From a virus, in IMG/VR virus record IMGVR_UViG_3300045988_100944: a stretch of DNA of 55,127 bases, one strand, 5' to 3'. Below are positions 50,844 through 55,127 of this stretch, in pieces (within the stretch, counting starts at the first letter, position 1; every line of letters starts with the position of its first letter). Below the pieces are notes generated by a model, which searched no databases, was not told where the DNA came from, and was given only the letters and a program-made list of their open reading frames with translations. Made by a program: the position numbers and the translations under genes.

Positions 50844-50847
50844 AATC

Positions 50848-51069
50848 TTACCGCCTTTTCCGATTAACCTCTTTCTCAACTCTTTCAAATTCTTCATCAG
50901 ATATTCCGAATATCTCAATATAGTAATATTCCGGTGCGTACAACACCAATATATTGTCCTTCTTATAAATAGGCACCATGAAATCGCCTACAATATTCGG
51001 AGTATCAAACATTTGTATCCCTTTTTCAAAATTCTCTTTCAAAAAAACGATTAAATTTTCTATTCTCAA
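50848..51069 (-). CDS. Hypothetical protein (73 aa)
   Basis: ORF track. Confidence 0.5.
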   Translation of the reverse strand: MRIENLIVFLKENFEKGIQMFDTPNIVGDFMVPIYKKDNILVLYAPEYYYIEIFGISDEEFERVEKEVNRKRR

Positions 51070-51094
51070 AATCAGTCTCCACCTTTCTTATTTT

Positions 51095-51517
51095 TTAAAA
51101 CGGCAAATCGTCATCTTCAATGGTATTGTCAACGGGATAAAAACCATCCGTGTTACTCTGCGGTTTCGGCGCATCACTTGTCTGCCCTGCACTGCTGCTT
51201 GCCACTTTACTCTCGGCAAACTCGAAAGATTTCACGATAAAGGATACCCTGTTCTGCTTCTTACCTTCCCTGTCGGTGTATTCATTCTGTACAGCTTCAC
51301 ACTCTAGAATGATTTTCGTACCCTTCTTTACAAACTGCCCCATTGTTTCCGCCTTTTCGCCGAAAGCGGAGATATTGAAAAAGCTCGTTTTCTTCTTGTC
51401 TCCGTATCCGCTTTCGACCGCAATGGAAGTTCTTCCGACCGCTAGAGGATTTGCGGACTGCGTGTATCTGAGTTCAACATCTCTTGTTGTTCTGCCAACA
51501 AAAATACATTTATTCAT
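51095..51517 (-). CDS. ssb: Single-stranded DNA-binding protein
   Basis: MNKCIFVGRTTRDVELRYT OB-fold start and acidic DDDLPF tail. Confidence 0.92.
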   Translation of the reverse strand: MNKCIFVGRTTRDVELRYTQSANPLAVGRTSIAVESGYGDKKKTSFFNISAFGEKAETMGQFVKKGTKIILECEAVQNEYTDREGKKQNRVSFIVKSFEFAESKVASSSAGQTSDAPKPQSNTDGFYPVDNTIEDDDLPF

Positions 51518-51750
51518 TTCTGCTTGTCCCTCTTTCTTCTAAAGTATTCGTTCTTCCGGTAATCCGCCTGATTTTCGATGAACGCCTTCTTTTGCATTTC
51601 TTTTTTATTTTTCAAATGCTTCTGATTCCAAATCGTGAATATCTCGCATTTTGAATGACATCCAGCGTTCCTTCCTTCGCATCCATAGCAGGGGCAAATG
51701 CCGTCCTTTGCCTTGATATTTGCATTTAAGGAAAACTCATACCTTCCCAT
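51514..51750 (-). CDS. Cys-rich small protein
   Basis: CPCYGCEGRNAGCHSKC. Confidence 0.55.
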   Translation of the reverse strand: MGRYEFSLNANIKAKDGICPCYGCEGRNAGCHSKCEIFTIWNQKHLKNKKEMQKKAFIENQADYRKNEYFRRKRDKQK

Positions 51751-52459
51751 CGCTCAACCACCACCCGTCATTACGCCCTGCAACGTACACATTCGCCGCA
51801 GGACACGCTTTTTTCATACGCTCGATGAATTTATCAGAATCGGCATTATCTGCTGACAGATGGCACATTATGACGTTCTGCAAGGAATCAGAATTATTCG
51901 CCCTTACAAAGTCACAAGCTGTTCCAATCTCCAAGTGACCGCCGAAAATATGATTCTTTTTCCCATCGTTATCGGGATAAATCATATCCTTGTCATAATT
52001 CACACCGAGAAGAATGTGGTTGATATTTTTGAACCGCCATTTGACAATAGCTGTATCAGTTATATACAGCATTCTTCCCATTTCCTTGTGTTCAATAAGG
52101 AAACCATAACAAGCACAAGGCTCTCCGTCCGCATCTGTGTGTGTCCATCTGCCATCAATCGTTGTAAGGTCAAACGCCTGTACTTTGAACCCAGAAATAT
52201 TTTTCAAGCCAATGTCGCTGGCGTTTTCGTAAGGTTTTAAAACAGGAACACCCATTCGTTCAAAATCATTTACCGATTTTGAGTGGTCGGCGTGTTTATG
52301 GGTAACAATCGCACCGACAATATCAGAAATCCTCCAACCGATTCCCTTCTTAATCTTCTTTTCGCTCTCCCCCAAGTCCAAAAGAAGAATCTCTCCTGTG
52401 TCCGCAATGAGCGCGTGGCAATTTCCGCTTGAACCTGTTGCTATCGTTTTTAGCAGCAC
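51737..52459 (-). CDS. MBL-fold metallo-hydrolase (putative nuclease partner of the recombinase)
   Basis: THKHADH motif; next to ssb and recombinase. Confidence 0.8.
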   Translation of the reverse strand: MLLKTIATGSSGNCHALIADTGEILLLDLGESEKKIKKGIGWRISDIVGAIVTHKHADHSKSVNDFERMGVPVLKPYENASDIGLKNISGFKVQAFDLTTIDGRWTHTDADGEPCACYGFLIEHKEMGRMLYITDTAIVKWRFKNINHILLGVNYDKDMIYPDNDGKKNHIFGGHLEIGTACDFVRANNSDSLQNVIMCHLSADNADSDKFIERMKKACPAANVYVAGRNDGWWLSDGKV

Positions 52460-52530
52460 TTTTATACCTCCTAACGATTATTTGATACCTTCAACATGGC
52501 ATCTTCCTATTGTAATACATCTTAATTTCG

Positions 52531-52896
52531 TCAAGAACAACCTCCACAACATCCATGTCTTACGCAAGAATTAAAAACCAAATCTATTTCTCTTGCATAC
52601 TGACGGTATTGTTCCGGTAATTTGTTTAAGTATATTTCCCATTCTCCTGAGTGCGTGCGATATTCTTCATCTATCCATCCTCCAGATTGCCAAAACGAAT
52701 CATAATTAGAATCATTAAATTTTGATGTTTTCAAACAATAATCCTTATAATCATGACCGAATTTAACTATTTCTCCGTCAATTTTTAAAGTCAATACCCC
52801 CCTGCAAAGATTAGGGAAAGAACCTGTATAATTGACAAATTCAACATGTTCTGTTTTTGAGATATTCTCTGTGTTTGTATCGACTATCATCATCAC
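52531..52896 (-). CDS. Hypothetical protein (121 aa)
   Basis: ORF track. Confidence 0.55.
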   Translation of the reverse strand: MMMIVDTNTENISKTEHVEFVNYTGSFPNLCRGVLTLKIDGEIVKFGHDYKDYCLKTSKFNDSNYDSFWQSGGWIDEEYRTHSGEWEIYLNKLPEQYRQYAREIDLVFNSCVRHGCCGGCS

Positions 52897-53177
52897 ACCT
52901 CGCTATCATACGGAAATCGAAAGACTCTCGGATAATTGAAAGCGAAATAACTTCCGTTGATACTTTTTGTTTCTTGGAAGTTTACGTATTCCGCTCTCAA
53001 CATTTTCATAGCCTTTTCGGCTTTTTCTTTTGTTGAGTATTCTCCCATTACACAACATATTTTTGCTGTATTTGCTATAGGCTCTGCAATAACTTGCTCT
53101 TGGTGTATATTGTGCGTTGAGATTGCCACGAATTCATACGGTAAATCAACTTTTCCGTTCTGACTAATGATTCTCAT
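52893..53177 (-). CDS. MRI-SQ family small protein, paralog c
   Basis: MRIISQNGKVDLPYE..., related to 15318 and 15551 ORFs. Confidence 0.6.
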   Translation of the reverse strand: MRIISQNGKVDLPYEFVAISTHNIHQEQVIAEPIANTAKICCVMGEYSTKEKAEKAMKMLRAEYVNFQETKSINGSYFAFNYPRVFRFPYDSEV

Positions 53178-53180
53178 AAA

Positions 53181-54179
53181 TCATCCCTCCTGCACAATTT
53201 CCCCATCAATGATGTTTTCCTCGTCAAAATCAACGGCATTTGCACTTTCCACAACATCATCCTGTGTCTGGCGGTATGTATCGTCCAGTTCAATCTGTGC
53301 CTGTCTTGCCATCTGGTCATAATTTTTCGGATACTTTCTTGTTGCGTTGTTACACATTTTTCTCTGAATCATGCTTTCTGGTGTATCCAACCATGCACCA
53401 CTGATAAAAGGTCTTGCAATCTCACATTCCAACATATCATCAACCGTGCTGCACGCTCTCAATGCGTTCAGAATTTCATCCTTCTTTGCTTTGATTTCCT
53501 CTTTCTGTTTATCTGTAGCCTTGTATCTGTCGGCACAAATGCCGAATGTGGCGTTCATCATATTTTGCTTAACGTGAGCCAAAAGATTAACCTTTACGCT
53601 TGCCCTATCGGCTGTCAGATAAGTTACTGTGCCATCCGTCAATTTTACTGGATATACCACCCGAACCGCTTTATCGGATAATCCGTTTTCTTCCCACTCT
53701 GGCGGTGTCAGTTCCAAACCCTTATGTTTGGGTGGGATATAGGTATCTCCTTCTTTGACTACCCAATATGGATAAACTTGTTCGACATCCTTGCCGTAAT
53801 GAGAGAGAAGGGAATCATATCCTGCACCCTCGATACCCATTTCAACAACCTTTACCCACTCGTTCCCACGCTTTACATTTCTAAGCTGGAAATAACATTC
53901 TCTCGGATATGCCGAAGGGTTCAATTTCAGACCTGCGCAGTTTTCAACGATACCCCTCAAGTTGCTTGTATCGAGTGAATTCATGTTCGCTTTTCCATCG
54001 TTCTTTACAAGATTGTAAATGCTGCCGACCGCCTCCATAGCGCATTTTCTGGAATATTCATCAAAAATCACGCCGCAAGCCTCATAGTCTTTTGCAATCA
54101 ATCCTGTAATTTCGTTGCTCCACCGACTTAATGCCGTTGTAAATTCCTTCTTTTCTGCCACCTGTGTATTTTCAGCCAT
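53181..54179 (-). CDS. recT: Single-strand annealing recombinase, RecT-like
   Basis: Trimmed to MAENTQ behind GGAGGAATGAAATA; size, context with SSB/MBL; motif match weak. Confidence 0.5.
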   Translation of the reverse strand: MAENTQVAEKKEFTTALSRWSNEITGLIAKDYEACGVIFDEYSRKCAMEAVGSIYNLVKNDGKANMNSLDTSNLRGIVENCAGLKLNPSAYPRECYFQLRNVKRGNEWVKVVEMGIEGAGYDSLLSHYGKDVEQVYPYWVVKEGDTYIPPKHKGLELTPPEWEENGLSDKAVRVVYPVKLTDGTVTYLTADRASVKVNLLAHVKQNMMNATFGICADRYKATDKQKEEIKAKKDEILNALRACSTVDDMLECEIARPFISGAWLDTPESMIQRKMCNNATRKYPKNYDQMARQAQIELDDTYRQTQDDVVESANAVDFDEENIIDGEIVQEG

Positions 54180-54183
54180 TATT

Positions 54184-54561
54184 TCATTCCTCCTCCAACG
54201 GTCTGTTCCAACATTCTTCGCATTCTTCTGAAACAAATTGTTCGTCCGTATCTAAAAAGCACTCTTTATTTGTCGCATATCCCAACGAATGAGGGCAAAT
54301 TTCTGGAAATTTGTTATGTATCAGTTCAGCTTTCGGATACTTCTCCAAGAAATCCTGCAAAATCGTTTTTCTCGGATGTTCTTTAGACCATTTTTCTACG
54401 ATGTCAACTGCAATCTCTGGATACTTTCTCTGTAAACCGCCACACGCGAAACCAGTTGGGTTTTTTTCACTGCTAAGCGGACAATCAGAGCAATCAATAC
54501 TGCACTTTTTCGTCATTCTATTTTTTTCTTTAAAATATTCCAACGCTGTCATTTCTGCCAT
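54184..54561 (-). CDS. Cys-rich hypothetical protein
   Basis: CSIDCSDCPL ... CGG ... CEECW. Confidence 0.55.
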   Translation of the reverse strand: MAEMTALEYFKEKNRMTKKCSIDCSDCPLSSEKNPTGFACGGLQRKYPEIAVDIVEKWSKEHPRKTILQDFLEKYPKAELIHNKFPEICPHSLGYATNKECFLDTDEQFVSEECEECWNRPLEEE

Positions 54562-54567
54562 TCTGTA

Positions 54568-54870
54568 TCACCCCTCACATGCTTCATATGTCTGCTCGAA
54601 AATGTCTGGTTTACAGGGATAAAGCTCTCCCTTCACTCCACGAATCACATAATCCCCAACACTTACATGGTGCGTCCCTTCTAAAGTATCAATATAGAGT
54701 TCATCTCCATCTACACTATCAAATTGAATGGTACTATAATACATAATGCCATCTTCAAAGGCATTTACAGCCCAATCGGGGACATAATATTTACCATCTG
54801 CACCTTTTAAATCTCCATCATATTTAAACGCTTCAATTACCACAGGCTTCTTTCTGTATTTCATAACCAT
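54568..54870 (-). CDS. PGDYG-like small phage protein
   Basis: KKPVVIEAFKY...VSVGDYVIRGVKGELYPCKPDIFEQTYE; ATG in TGATG overlap. Confidence 0.55.
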   Translation of the reverse strand: MVMKYRKKPVVIEAFKYDGDLKGADGKYYVPDWAVNAFEDGIMYYSTIQFDSVDGDELYIDTLEGTHHVSVGDYVIRGVKGELYPCKPDIFEQTYEACEG

Positions 54871-55127
54871 CACTCCACTTCCTTAATTTCTCCATCTTCC
54901 AACCGATACCATGTGTCCTCTTTATATGTATCCCCATCAATCTGGATTGCTTTGTAATTGACGATTTCTCCTTTGCCGTTTCGTTCGACCATAACAATCA
55001 CACTACCCATGCCGCCTTTAGCTCTGCCACCGTTTTCAGAAACCATGATAGAATGTTTTCCGCCTGCCAGTTTAGCCCCGTATCCGCCTGCCAGTTTAGC
55101 GTTGTCTCCGCCTGCCAGTTTAGCCCA
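54870..55127 (-). CDS. Repeat protein, 3' part (continues from position 1 across the junction)
   Basis: Own translation WAKLAGGDNAKLAGGYGAKLAGGKHSIMVSENGGRAKGGMGSVIVMVERNGKGEIVNYKAIQIDGDTYKEDTWYRLEDGEIKEVE, TGA 54872-54870. Confidence 0.8.
   Translation of the reverse strand, partial: WAKLAGGDNAKLAGGYGAKLAGGKHSIMVSENGGRAKGGMGSVIVMVERNGKGEIVNYKAIQIDGDTYKEDTWYRLEDGEIKEVE
55057..55127. repeat. Three further units of the 24-bp tandem repeat
   Basis: Same core CCGCCTGCCAGTTTAGC; last 29 nt identical to positions 1-29. Confidence 0.95.

Overview
The window is a complete, self-closing temperate siphovirus-type phage genome (or excised prophage) of about 55.1 kb. The host is probably a Clostridia-class Firmicute; this is inferred from domain types. 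The first and last 29 nt are identical and lie inside a coding 24-bp tandem repeat. One minus-strand gene reads in frame across that junction.

Layout:
- Divergent early promoters sit at about 12.37-12.50 kb.
- The rightward (+) arm, 12.5-38.7 kb, carries two small regulators, then a promoter/terminator leader and terS. Next come small ORFs, a 1.3-kb tRNA/structured-RNA island (tRNA-Gly, Met/Ile2 and Ser-UGA, with Ser-GCU further on at about 18.0 kb) and terL. After terL come a sigma-r4-like protein, the portal, a MuF-like protein, the scaffold, a lambda-E-type major capsid protein and the neck genes. The arm ends with the major tail protein, the G/GT chaperones (with a -1 frameshift), the tape measure, tail tip/fibre genes, holins and an NlpC/P60 endolysin.
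- The leftward (-) arm runs from 12.3 kb down through position 1, wraps to 55.1 kb and continues to 38.8 kb. It carries many small Zn-finger or membrane ORFs, two ORF6N antirepressor-like genes (one behind an RHH gene), a secreted/membrane moron pair and a Rad50-like ATPase. It then carries the repeat protein, a RecT-like/MBL/SSB recombination module, two DNA methyltransferases split by a GIY-YIG gene and replication initiator/loader genes. After a DUF5664-like gene, xis, int and attP, it ends with an eight-gene accessory operon of unknown function.

Two XRE-type HTH genes (6931, 7705) are transcribed against the leftward flow. No CRISPR array, reverse transcriptase or transposase was seen.

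The most unusual parts are the attP-proximal eight-gene operon (38816-42264) and the ORF-free structured-RNA island around the tRNAs (15788-17119). All family assignments come from motif reading and memory; no searches were run.
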